From Dicyema japonicum (lineage: Eukaryota > Animalia > Dicyemida): DNA of 64,000 bases. A program made the translations under genes and the position numbers. Positions 36,001-47,739 of the stretch are shown here, piece by piece (within the stretch, counting starts at the first letter, position 1; every line of letters starts with the position of its first letter). The notes beneath the pieces are model-generated. The model made no database searches and was not told where the DNA came from. It saw nothing but the letters and a program-made list of their open reading frames with translations. Where the stretch lies: positions 518,842-582,841 of the forward strand of contig RDEW01000037.1 of assembly GCA_011109175.1 (NCBI GenBank), given 5' to 3'.

Positions 36001-39000
36001 GCAATGTTGCTAGGTAAACGCACATAACTTGAATCGTCTCACAAGTTCAATCATCTTTGTTCATATCTTTAGCTGACAGGTTACTGATTGGAGTTCACTG
36101 GGAGTAAGCATTTATGTACTTAAAATATAAATATACGATAATATTCGCCCATATAACAAAAATAAGATGTACGACCTTACATTATCGTATAAGCAGTCTG
36201 AGAAATGATGGGAAACTAGAAACCTGCAAGAGATTGACGACTCTTCCATTTTTTGGCTTAATTTGACTTTCTGGAATAATCCAAACAGACTCTTATGTCT
36301 AAACAGGTACATATTAAATGACCTGAGAGACAGTAATAATGTAATTCATTGCTGCTTAGAGATCCACAAAAAAGGCTAATAAGTATAAAAACAACTGTTC
36401 CCCTCTGGTAAACATTTCAACTTGAGTACATCTGAAGGTCTGGTTTATCCTTACTTGTTTCAGTTTTTTGAGGTTAATAGAAGAGGAAAACCTTCTGTAA
36501 CAGCTCCATTCCATAGTCATGCTCACAGACGATGTTTAAAGAAATAGTCTTGAACTGACAGTTCGTCTTTCTGCTTGTAAGCCATATAGCTCAGAACTGG
36601 CCGGTTTATTACCTGAAAGTGGCATTAGATCGTCTCGTCTCTCAGCGGCTAGTTGACTACTTTTACTTTTAAGACAACCTATTTTTCAAGGTACATCGGT
36701 TTGTTACAAATATCCATCGGAAAACCCTTAAAAATGGGAAAACTTAGTTTAACTAAAATCAACTAATTTTGAACTCCTCACTTTTTTAAATTAGAAGACT
36801 AATGTCGAATTCTTCCACCAAGAAATATTCCTCGCTGGAAAAAGGAGCTCACAAAGGGATCTTAATTAATCAAGACGACATCAGAAGGTAAAGAACCTGT
36901 CGAATTGTCTCAATTATGTCTACTGCGAGACAATACAAAAGTATTTTAGTTGCATGAACAGTGAAAATGTACTCGGTTCCTTCGACTCGATCAACTGGCT
37001 ATTAGTATGATTTCTTACATCTGATTCAAAAGAATTGACCTTTTTGAAATATTTTTTAATCAGCGCGTCAAGGCTGGATTCTCTTAACATGGGAACTAAA
37101 CTCTGAACTTTGAATGCGGAAATCGTTATTAGCCTTCAGTGATCTGAAATAACCGACATTCTCAACCTTTTATTGAATTTGAAGACCTCCTCATCGACTA
37201 AAAATTTGAAAAATACATGCAGCATTAGATAACTGTACGAAAAAAACTTTCTCAGAACCTTCTGAGACATGGTTAGCAAAAACTACTTCAAATCCATTCC
37301 AAACATACAGTGGTAGCACTCCTGCATGGCAAAAGTAATATCGGAGTTGCTAACCACACTGTTCTCAGAGAGGGTTAAATACTGTTCTTCACATGTTATC
37401 TAGAAAATACCTTAAATATACACTTTGATGTATTCGTCAACTATTTTTTGGATATAACCAAATCCCTGAATGAAATTCTGATATAAAAAGATCCAATTGG
37501 AGTAAAACAAAAATCGGGACCATATAGGATTTAAAAACAAATAATTTCAAATCATCAAAGGATGCCGGCAAAATACAAAAGCACCACGTTGTCTCCTTTA
37601 GCGTATACGGAAAGCACTACCAAATCGCAAGAACAGAATCGTCAATCGGTAAAACTACAATTCAAACATTAGTATTTAGAGAAGATTGCTTTTTTAGAAT
37701 ATTTGTGACTTCCAGTGACTTTCTTTCGAAATTTCAATTTCTGCTAGGAATTACGTCTTCATATATTCTATCAAAGCTTCAAGGAAAGCTGCGTTATTTT
37801 TGTTGTCGGCTACAAAAATGGATAATTACGACCTGAAAACCAACTCGACACAGTCATTTTCCAGAATCAGGTGAATTATAAGCACGTGGGAAATATTATG
37901 TATGGAGTCGCCAATATTGTTGTGTGCTTGAACTCCCAAAACATAGGAAGACTCTTTTCTGCAAAATCAATACAAATATGCAAATGTTCGTGGCACTGAC
38001 AAAAATTAAGGAGGTAGACTGTGAGCAAACAAATAAAGTACTCAGAATCACATTTATAAATCCACAACTGAGCCATAGTAATACATCCTTCTCAACGTCA
38101 TACTGTCCATGATCTCCTCAAATCGACTGTCCTCGATATATTTAGGTTCGATCCACAAATCTGTAATGATGTTGTGGTCTGTGAAGTCGCCACAAAGAGT
38201 ATACATTGTAACTAAATTTTCGCTCATTTTGAACAGGTCAATGTCCTCGTTTATCTACACTTGGCATTGTGGAGCCAACTAGTAGAAAACGTGTATCCCG
38301 TTATCCTTGAAAGAGTTTACAGTAAATCAGTCTTAGTTCTTTCCTTTTTTGCAAATAATAGGCACGTGTACCTAACATCTTCCCAAAGATGGTAGGACTG
38401 AAGGGAGTTATTATACTCATGCCAAAATTCCACTTCTATTTACATAAGAATCACATTACCTCATGATTTATTATTTATTAACCCCGGATACACCGAGAAA
38501 GAAGTTAAAGTAAACAACTAATTAAGTGTATCCAGTTTCCACTTCTACAGAGTCCATCCGGAATCAGCATATAGAGTAAGACGTCCATTACATGCAGTTG
38601 TGGAAACCCCTCCAGTGGAGTGGGGGAGAGCAAATGATCCTTTTTCATGCCGGCCTGGCACTGGGCGTCACCTAGACAGGTGGATCACATGACGCCACTC
38701 TATTAGGAAGAGAGAGAGAGGAATAGACAAGCAAGCAGAAAAATTAAACCAATTAACCACGCAACACCACATGGCGCCACGCGGCAAAAGTCCTCATGAT
38801 TGAGTTCGATATAGGATATTCGTCTAAAAAGACATTTGTTCGTTCAATCTTAAAATATTTCAGGAATTGCTAACACAACAAGCACACAATCCAATGATCT
38901 GAAGGTGAAAATCCCGGCATCTATCTCTGTGAGGAAGTTTCTCAGGATAAGAACTGTCTCATCAATGGTCTGGAATAATAAAGTCCCAGACTTGATAAAA

Positions 39001-40490
39001 TATTTACAGTTTCACGTTGATTGTAAAATACAGGTTGAGCAGAATCGATAATTCCAATCACCTGACGTACTCCTTGGTTCTGGAAATAATTACAATTTCT
39101 GTGTACAATTCGCAAATAAGTTCTTTAATAAAGAAATCTTCGGCAGATTTAATTCAATTAGCAAGGGAATTGAACAATTTGGGCAGCTTTGTGTAAATAA
39201 TTTCTTAATTTTCAGCCAGAAAACAGAACTTAAAGTTATTCGTGCAGTACATGCTACAGTAAGGCTGTAAATTACCTGAGGTTCTCCAAATTATCGACAA
39301 TGTAGTCCCAGACAGGCTAAAATTATGATAAGTGGACTACTGTTGTACGACATCGTGTCGTGGAGGGTAGTTTCCCTGATTAGTTTTTAGATAATGAGAA
39401 CATGAAGTTGATTTGTTGATCTTAGAAATGATTGTGGTTACTAAAAGTCAAGTCGGAGTTGATCTTTGATGGAAAAACTCAGTTTCGTGAAGAAAAGAAT
39501 TCATTGAAATGAGTCAGTCAAAAACTGGTCGATGATGTATATTCAAAGTCATAACCATATCTGAGTTTATAGATACTACCAGGTGGTCATACTGTGCACG
39601 TGGATTATTAGCACTATTTAAATGATCTCATGGTACATGAACTTTATAAGAATGCATAGTTCGTATGTGTCTTCCATATGTGAGCCAATCAAACTCGTAT
39701 TTTGCCAATCCTGTTCAATCTGGATCCTCTCTGCTTCTAGTGAGAATAGATTCGAATAAAGTAATTTCAAATGCGTTCATCTTACAGCTTTGACTCACAC
39801 TAGTAAATAAATGTGGGACCAACTTGTCATATTTGGAGAGAAGCACTCGCCTAGGCTAGTGTGTGAATCATTTGAGGGATCTCTGGAGGTTGACGAGGGA
39901 CCACTTGTCATGAATCTATCGTAATAAACCATATAAACAACATCAAGGTCATAAAGTACAAATCAGCCTGTCTTTTCGGCGACGTAACAAAGAAATGAGT
40001 CACTTTGAATATCGAGCTGTTTTAGGTTATGAAAGATTAAAAGATCTTGGACTCTGTCAGAACATAGAACGTTTCATCCAGCTGAGCACACTCTCTGGGA
40101 CGATTTTACCGTCATTATGGAAATAAACATTATCGCGTCGAAAAATGGTTATAGTCTTCGACGTATTTTGATTTAGTTTTATTGAGAAAGGGCCTCGTTG
40201 ATGTAGTCTTCAAAGTAGAGATAATTCTTGTGTAGGGACTTTTTTCTAAAGTCATTGATCAGTCTCAAGGATCGCTCACAAAAGTTGTTCAGCTATTCTC
40301 GGTTAATATAAATCTCTGAATCTGCCAAACTGTAAAAAAAATACGACTAAATTGCATATTGTCCTGTTGGCGTCGTGAATAATCGGAAGAGCAGGATAAT
40401 TGGAATGTTCGTCAATCTTAATAAGCCAACAACAAACTAACATTTATTGCCGCTCATTAACTGATAATTTTCTGGTTCGACTTTTTTCAT
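33050..40490 (-). other. Large micro-intron-rich host gene or decayed gene, possibly cadherin superfamily with LamG-like segments
   Basis: Repeated 22-36 nt GT-AG segments remove stops. Exon pieces include INEDIDLFKMSENLVTMYTLCGDFTD, ESSYVLGVQAHNNIGDS...IHLILENDC (EC-repeat-like), GFTLILNLG and YNESTVHIIEV (LamG-like). No complete frame could be assembled, and boundaries and identity are uncertain. Confidence 0.35.
38469..38791 (-). mobile_element. SINE-like family 2, full length with 10-bp TSD CCTCATGATT
   Basis: TSD at 38459-38468 and 38792-38801; closely similar to 45355-45680; tail TTCTTTCTCGGTGTATCCGGGGTTAATAAATAA. Confidence 0.9.
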
Positions 40491-41009
40491 AAAATAATTT
40501 TTAAAATATCAAAATAAATAATTATTCTTTTTTCATTAAACGTAAAATTCTTCCTAACCGCAGGTCAGTAATAGTATGGACAGAATCCCCCTCTTCCATT
40601 TCGTCGCAAGTCCTACCGCGGACATCACTTCATTCTTCAGCGGAATAGTTTTTTCATAATGTAATCTCATCAGAGGATTTGTCAGGTAGAGGTAGGAAGA
40701 TCCCTTTCAACTACTGTGTCGTGCCAGAAGGAGTCGTCGCCTCACGGTGGGATATGTTTGACAAGAATTGACCTTCGTTGAAAACGCCAGTTTTCTTAAC
40801 CACCAACTTAAAAAATAGTTCATTAAAATTTATTTTAAAAAGTTATATTATTTTATAACATAAATTTATTTACATTCCTTTGATGTTTGAGGTTGATGAT
40901 GAGAATCAACCAAAAATTCTTTAGAACAAAGACTTTAGATGAGCAAAACAAACAAAATAGATCCCTATGATCAGTAATGCAGAATTGATCTTTGAATTCA
41001 GATATTGTT

Positions 41010-41240
41010 CTTAAGCTTTTTTAATATTGAGCTCTTCGGTTTTGGCATAACAAGAGAGAATTTCAACTAGCCTGGTAAATTTAAATTTATTGAACCAGAA
41101 AACACCGTCATAGTCAGAATGAAAAAAAATCAGGTGACACCACCCTCTCAGCTTTCTTTTCTTGCTCTGACTTGAAAGAAGTACTTGAATATAATTTAGG
41201 ATTATATATGGAACCACCAGAGATGGTGAACCAATTGACG
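41010..41240 (-). mobile_element. LINE 3' remnant, paralogous to about 63600-63830
   Basis: Shared AATTTATTGAACCAGAAAAC..GTCATAG.CAGAAT and ATATAATTTAGGATTAT..GGA.CCACCAGA blocks. Confidence 0.55.
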
Positions 41241-41334
41241 CACTCAAACAAAATTTAAATTTAATTTTTTAACAATTAAACAAATGTCCGTTGACTCACT
41301 CAAAAAAAATTTAAATTTAATTTTTTAACTCCTG

Positions 41335-41425
41335 TTGCGACCGAATCATCGGGAGCCGTCGGTCCAATGACGGCTGAGTTCTTGCGAGAACTCGGAGGAT
41401 TGCTTGCCAGAAAGAATCATTATAA
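41335..41425 (+). mobile_element. CRE RLE micro-fragment
   Basis: ATESSGAVGPMTAEFLRELGGLLARK, compared with IETSGNFGPKTLKFLNHLGKLL in the full element. Confidence 0.6.
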
Positions 41426-42059
41426 AAAAACTTGCAAGACGAGTCCTATCTTAAAGCACAAAGTATGATCTAAATGGAGACCACAACTCGCTTGTGTATG
41501 TCCGGATCATCAACATTAATTACTCACTGGTTCAGTCGTGAAGATCCAGTCTATTTTAATTTATCTAAACACAAAAAAATGTGAATTAATGAACACGACG
41601 AGTTCGAATTATATAAATACTTAGATATGGAACACTTGAACAGCAAAACTGAAGTATTTGATAGTCTTTTCTACCTACTCGACGATAATTATATTACAAG
41701 TCAATTTTTTGATTCCATCTATCAAAATTGTTTCCAACTGAGTCTTGAGGAGGGTTTGATCGAACTGAGACCACCACATATATTCAAATTTTATGCAAGG
41801 AAAAAACATCAATTATCTGGGGTTTGTGATTTCTGATGAAAAACAAAAATCGTTTTTCGTTTGTTGAGTCCATTCGATTTTGTTGATAAGTCCATATGCA
41901 TCAGATTTAAAAAAAATGAAGTAATGGAGGTTGAAGTAGGTATTCAATTTCCACCGCCTAAGGTATATGGGTATTTTAGTTCTCTTAGGAACATATTTTT
42001 ACACTAATATGATCAATCTTATAATGTTTATATTCGTTGAAAAATTTTGTCTACGCTTT

Positions 42060-42330
42060 GTAATTAATTAAATTATTCCAAAGAAAAGAGTAGTACGAAA
42101 TTAACTGACTCTTTAATCCTGACGTGTTCCACCAGTAACCTCAGCACGGAAACTGAGGGCGAGTCTAGAACTCGTCGCCAGGGAACGAAATTGTCTTCCG
42201 ATGGGATGAATAGATGGATCCTTTTGAATTCTGGCAAGACATTGGGAGTCTCTTTAGTGTGATGGATCCAATGAAATCACCTGAGGCAAGGAAGTGAAAT
42301 CTTCAATTAGTAGTCACATGGCACCACACT
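42060..42330 (-). mobile_element. SINE-like family 2 subtype B copy
   Basis: GTGCCATGTG..CTAATTG head; TGGATCC...TTCAAAAGGATCCA; CAATTTCGTTCCCTGGCG block shared with the 29430 copy. Confidence 0.65.
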
Positions 42331-42483
42331 TTATAAGAATCGCTTTATTATTATTAAGCCCGGATATACCGAGAAAGAAGATAATAGTTTACAACTGTTA
42401 AGTTTGTCAGGAAATCGGAAGAATCGCTTAATGTTTTTAAATCTATTTTGTTACATAATTTTAGTTATTTTATCTTAAAAAGC

Positions 42484-42800
42484 CGGGAAACCTCTTGTCT
42501 GTGACGTCACCTGCACCGACACGTTTGCCCCTTGCAACCTATTCCAGAGTGCCTCTGGAACCTGTGTTGCCGCTGAGAAAGCCGAGGGGTTAAAACGGGA
42601 AAAGTACGCGGTCCTACACAAGAATTATTTGTTTGTTCCACTAGTCGGTGAGACGTTTGGTGGTCCTTGGGCTTGCGACGCTGGATTTCTTGAGTCCTTT
42701 AGGGAATCGAATTTCTACAAGAGCAAAAAACCCCCGTGAGCGCTGCTGGTTATTTGAGACAATCTCGCTCGTCATCCTAAGAGCCACGCAGTCATGGTGG
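42484..42800 (+). mobile_element. CRE RLE fragment
   Basis: GKPLVCDVTCTDTFAP...AEKAEGLKREKY..LFVPLVGETFG. Confidence 0.8.
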
Positions 42801-42879
42801 CCGCTACATATATGACAATTTGCTCACATTTCACTTAATAGATCAAATTTCACTTAATAAACCAAAAGGAAATCAAAGT

Positions 42880-43510
42880 ATGCAAGGCTAATGTTCCGGG
42901 ATTTGAATTCATCAGCATGAAGATGTTCAAGGAAGTTCAGGAGGCTTTGCTGTTTGCTCTACAGAATTTCTTTAACGCAACGATAAAGTATGGACATATT
43001 CCACAATGGTGAAAGAATTCGACTGTAAAAATAATACCAAAGCCAGGAAAGTAGGGGAAGGACCCTCTCAACTATAGACTGATCAGCCTTATATGATCGA
43101 TATTTACGACTATTGCGCGGATTATCTTTAAGACTCTGTGTCGGCAAATAAAAGAGAGCGGTCTCCTCGCAGAACAATGGGGGCTCTGTCCAGGAAAATC
43201 CTGTATCGATTGTGTGTTACCTTATGTACATGGATGTGTTGAGACAGGTGAACCTAGTGTGCCTGGATATTTCCAAGGCCTTGGATAGTGTGTGGCATGA
43301 ATCCCTCCTATCAAGCCTGGTGTCAGCGGATATTCCAAAATACCTGTTTGTATGGCTGAGGAATTTCCCAACCGGGAAAATATCTCAAGAGTGTATTGGA
43401 GGATTCGTATCCGAAGATATTTCATTTGTGAGAGGTGTCCCGCAGGGCTCTGTCTTAAGCCTTCTACTGTTAAACATTTTCCTATCAGAGTTCCGGATTG
43501 TTTAAATAAC
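42880..43510 (+). mobile_element. Jockey/I-like RT fragment, same family as 1500-3975
   Basis: IIPKPGK..DPLNYRLISL, LDISKALDSVWH, GVPQGSVLS. Confidence 0.85.
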
Positions 43511-43639
43511 TTGTATAACCAATAGATTTGCCAAAATCTATATTCTCTATTAAAACAGCATCACTATCGCTTGTTCAGTGGTAGGGACAGTGATCTACCT
43601 CATCTTTGAATTACTTTACAAAAAATATAAGAAAACTCA

Positions 43640-44058
43640 AATCTCTCAACGACCGTATACTGATTTATAACAATTAGGGATCACTTTTCAAGATTTGCTA
43701 AACATGTTGAAGTGGAAAAACTCCACAAGTTCTGGCAGGAGAACTAGCGCAAATTCACAAGGCCAAGGTGACAATATTTCCGATTGTTATGATATGGGAT
43801 GGAGTAGTAACAAAGTACTACAAGTCATATATGGAAAGACTCAACGTAGATGTCTCTACAAGGGCGTACATCCAATCAATGACGATTAAAAAAACTTTAG
43901 AGAGCATGATAATCGAGCATAGACATAGGCTAAAAGTTGATAACTATGATGATGAGGTTACAAGAGTAACTAATCATCTTATCTCAAGAGGCTCTGAACT
44001 CGGAGGTGACGTCGAAGAGGAACCAAGAAAAACAGCTGTCTTGTCTAGTGATTTCTGA
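43640..44058 (+). mobile_element. R4/Dong-like RLE C-terminal fragment
   Basis: ELGITFQD..VEVEK..LAGEL..VTIFPIVMIWDGVVTKY..AYIQSMTIKKTLES; the pattern is recalled from R4/Dong-type elements and is distinct from the CRE RLE. Confidence 0.6.
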
Positions 44059-44599
44059 AGTGGTATACGAGAGGAACAGTGAGGGTGATACAAAGGGCCA
44101 ATGCCCAAAAAGGAGGAGAATTCAGCCTGCATAGTGTTAATTAATTTCAATTGATTTTCTTATTCGTATCGGAAGGTTTTTCGGAAGAGACTGAGAGTCA
44201 GTTCAACTTAAACTAGATCTCGAGTTTTGCAAAAGTTCCAGTTTTTTCGTTGCTAGTGAAGGTGTTGATGACTGTAACATATTAACGTGAATACAGAAGA
44301 CCCATCATGTAGTTTGTTCACCTTGTGACCAAATGGATGGACTATTGAATGGTTTCGCCAACGGACTCTAAGAAGGGAGTATAGAAGTAATCTTCACGGA
44401 CAGTACCTCACATGATCAGACATGCCGACCACGTGTACGCTTGTCACTTATGTAGAGCACTGTTCAGTACTCTAATTCTCGGGTTCGAAACGTACTTTTA
44501 TATTAGCACGATTCTGTTGAATTGTTCACCAGGTGAACTTGTTAAAGCACAGTGTATGAACGTTAAACTGACACACGTGTGCTTTTACGGTTATTTAGA

Positions 44600-45100
44600 C
44601 TATTATGGGAATTATCATGTAAAGTATAGTTCAAACTTTCTATGCCACTATCAGAGATTGGTTCAGGACAGACAAGTATCCGGCATTTTCACTGTCAAAT
44701 AGGATTTTGAAGATTAATTTATTTTTCCTTGCATAAAAAAGTGATACTCTGTCCCGTCTTGAAGTGAGTGATCAGTCAAAAGAACAGTCTGATTATTCAG
44801 ATTGATGACACTGAGAAGATCAATCAGCTTCTTTTTCAAAGTTTCATAGCACTTTTTAAAATCTAAATGCTCAATTATTCCTCCAAAGCTCACCATTTCT
44901 ACAAATCGTGACAAAACTCCTATTGGAGTAGTGAGACTGCTCATTACGAGTCCAAAGAGAAAATATCCTAATGATCAAAGCTTATAAGTACCCGTCATAA
45001 ACAAAGACTCCAAAATCTGGTTCACATTCTAACATTTTAAAGCCAACTAACGAGCATCATATATCAGACTTATATATCCTTGGTAAAACCAAACACAAAC
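44600..45100 (-). other. Host-gene-like exons with micro-introns, product unknown
   Basis: FGVFVYDG|24-nt GT-AG|..SLWTRNEQ..ICRN|31-nt GT-AG|FKKCYETLKKKLIDLL; not identifiable. Confidence 0.3.
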
Positions 45101-45354
45101 AGTCATAACAAATTAATCCAAGGAGAACGTTTGCTTGTACCGACCAAATCCATGCTCAAATAGTTCATATAGGCATCCCGCTTCTGAAGAGAGGTGGAGA
45201 AGTAGGTCCGCCCTCTGCCATTTTCATAGCACCTCCTACCGCCACGGATATCACTTCATTTTTGGGTGGAAGAGTTTTGATAATGGTAGTATGTCGCGAG
45301 CCGAAGGTGCTACCGCGTAGTGTCAAGGTAGAGATGAGACGGATGAGCTTAGTA

Positions 45355-45680
45355 TTTTATTTATTTATTAACCCCGGATACACCGAGAAAGAAGTTAAAG
45401 TAAACAACTAATTAAGTGTATCCAGTTTCCACTTCTACAGAAACAGAGTCCATCCGGAATCAGCATAAAGGGTAAGACGTCCATTACATGCAGTTGTGGG
45501 AACCTTTCCAGTGGAGTGGGGGAGAGCAAATGATCCTTTTTCATGCTGGCCTGGCACTGGGCGTCACCTAGACAGGTGGATCACATGACGCCACTCTAAT
45601 AGGAAGAGAGAAGAGGAAGAGACAAGCCAACAGAAAACTTCAACCAATTAACCACGCAGCACTACATGGTGCCACGCGGT
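45355..45680 (-). mobile_element. SINE-like family 2, full length
   Basis: Aligns end to end with 38469-38791. Confidence 0.9.
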
Positions 45681-45849
45681 TTTCACTACGCGGATCAATT
45701 TATTAAATTTACAATAAAGTTAATTTTAGAATTCTAATCTATTAGAATTAATTTTGTGAAAATATAGGTTTTATAAGATTTTGCAAATTTTATTTGGATC
45801 ATTTAGGTTTTCCGCAGTGAACGTAAGAAATTAAGCTTATCATTGGGAC

Positions 45850-46640
45850 TTTCTCCGTTAATCTCGGAACTTATCGAAAATGCCTGTTTGGTAGTGAATT
45901 GTCCAATTTTCTGGTTGATCAACCAAGTATTTCTAGCGCAGTTGAGAGAACATTAAAAATGTCACTGGACTGACAAAATTCCCAAGGCCCTCTTTAAGAA
46001 AGCTCCCGTTACTATCCTGGAGTATTTGGAAAGATTTTATAACCGTAGCTTAAGTTGGGTTACATTCGCTTTTATAAAACGTGGCTTGACTGGCCTTTAT
46101 AAGAAAACCTTAGAAGCCTCCCAATTACCCTGGTAGTCCTATAGCTCGTTACCTACTGTAGCTAAATTTATTAGAAAGATTGAAAAACCAAAAGATAACC
46201 AGAGAATGAATTGTTACTTACGGAAAGTGGGTTCAAAGTCAACCAAACTCCAGGTTTTTTAAGTATGATTAAAGTTCTGATTTTCCATATCGATGGATCT
46301 GTTTCTACTTTCCTTTGATGGATGTCCAGCTAGACTAATAATGTCTGGAGATGCCCCCAGGTTCGTTGAGCCTTGAGAGATAAATTGTGCAAAATTGGTA
46401 AAGTGTTTTTTTGTTGATCATATAAGTCAAAACATTTCGTCGTCATAAGTCAAGGGACTACGATCTTTCCATACAAGTGGGGTACTGCTATACAAAACTA
46501 CCTTCATTCTAGCTGAGGTGGGTGATTCAATTGCTTGAAACCGTACATGTGACCCCAACGGGATATCATCTATCCACCTTAAGCATTGGATCGCGAACTA
46601 AGGCTGCATTAACAGACTTTTACGATTATTATATCAACAC
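45850..46640 (-). mobile_element. Highly degenerate LINE RT region
   Basis: WKIRTLIILKKPG and remnants of downstream RT motifs with many stops. Confidence 0.5.
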
Positions 46641-47739
46641 CCAAAACTCTGTAAGGATTTCTTAATCACAGCAATTTTGAAAGCGAGAAAATCTTAACGT
46701 TTTCACTTACATCACAATGTTCAAAGTGTTGGAAAACTTGTTCTAGTGATAATTTCCCCGATCTTAAGTCACTTTTCATACAGCATGGCTTCAGACTTCG
46801 ACATATGTATTTGTAACACAGCTTTACTCTCTGTGGGCATAAACAATAAATTCGACTCTCTCTCGAGGTCTCTGCTGACAAATAAGATTTTAGTGACCTT
46901 TATTTATCAGAATAGGTCGACGTGGAGAGTACGCTGTCAATATCGATTCAACATCTCGTCTCTTCCAGAACGGGGCTACCCGCGGCTGCCGCTATCCAAT
47001 CATGACTGATTCGGTATTAATTCTCTTACAGTGTCTGCGGCAAAATACACATTCACAATATTTACGGGAAGCTAAAGTGTGAGACTAAAGTGTATATTGG
47101 GGTCACCCCTATTCCGATATCAAGTAAACTTAAGATTCTTGGGGTTACTTATGACTCACCGATGAACTTCTCTCAACGCTAAAAATGTCTTGACCAAGAG
47201 ACTCCGGAAGTTGAATGTGCTGGCCTCCTGTCGGCTGAATATCCAGACTGTATAACTAAGGCCATCGTTCCAACAATACGCCTGTCCCACGTGGAGGTTT
47301 GTAGTATCCCCATCCAAATTCGACAAAAATTCAATCAGAGGGAGACTAAGCGTTTGTTTTCCATACTATTACAACTCTCTCCCCCTTTCCTTTCAAAAAA
47401 TCCACGAGAATCATGACCGGTTTCCAGTGTTTTAAAAGAACTAGGAAACCCATTAGGGATGCGATTGCTAAGAAACGTCAATCGATCTTAAGAAAGACTC
47501 CCCAGTCGACTTCTAGGCATTCAGGAGGCTCTATCGTCTGCATTTGGGACACTGGAAGACCACGCAAGAAGAGTCCAGGAATTAATGGAAGCTACGATTA
47601 CTTAATTAGGTGTTTTAGCATCTTTTTTGTGATCTTGGGGTTCTCAATAAAAATATAACAACCTCACCTACATGAAACTGGATTCCACGATCTTGTGGTA
47701 TGTTTTGGTGATTAAATCCTTAGAATTACCACTGTACAG

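Noticed and set aside
33780-40490. Apparent TAA/TAG-to-Gln reassignment: long protein-like frames with scattered stops
   Set aside because: Stop density is near that expected for AT-rich DNA, many stops fall in removable micro-introns, the LAMP-like gene ends in TAA, and about 1000 RTE codons contain no in-frame TAA/TAG.
45311-45692. 10-bp inverted repeat CCGCGTAGTG/CACTACGCGG around the SINE-2 copy
   Set aside because: Asymmetric placement and absent from the 38469 copy; treated as chance.
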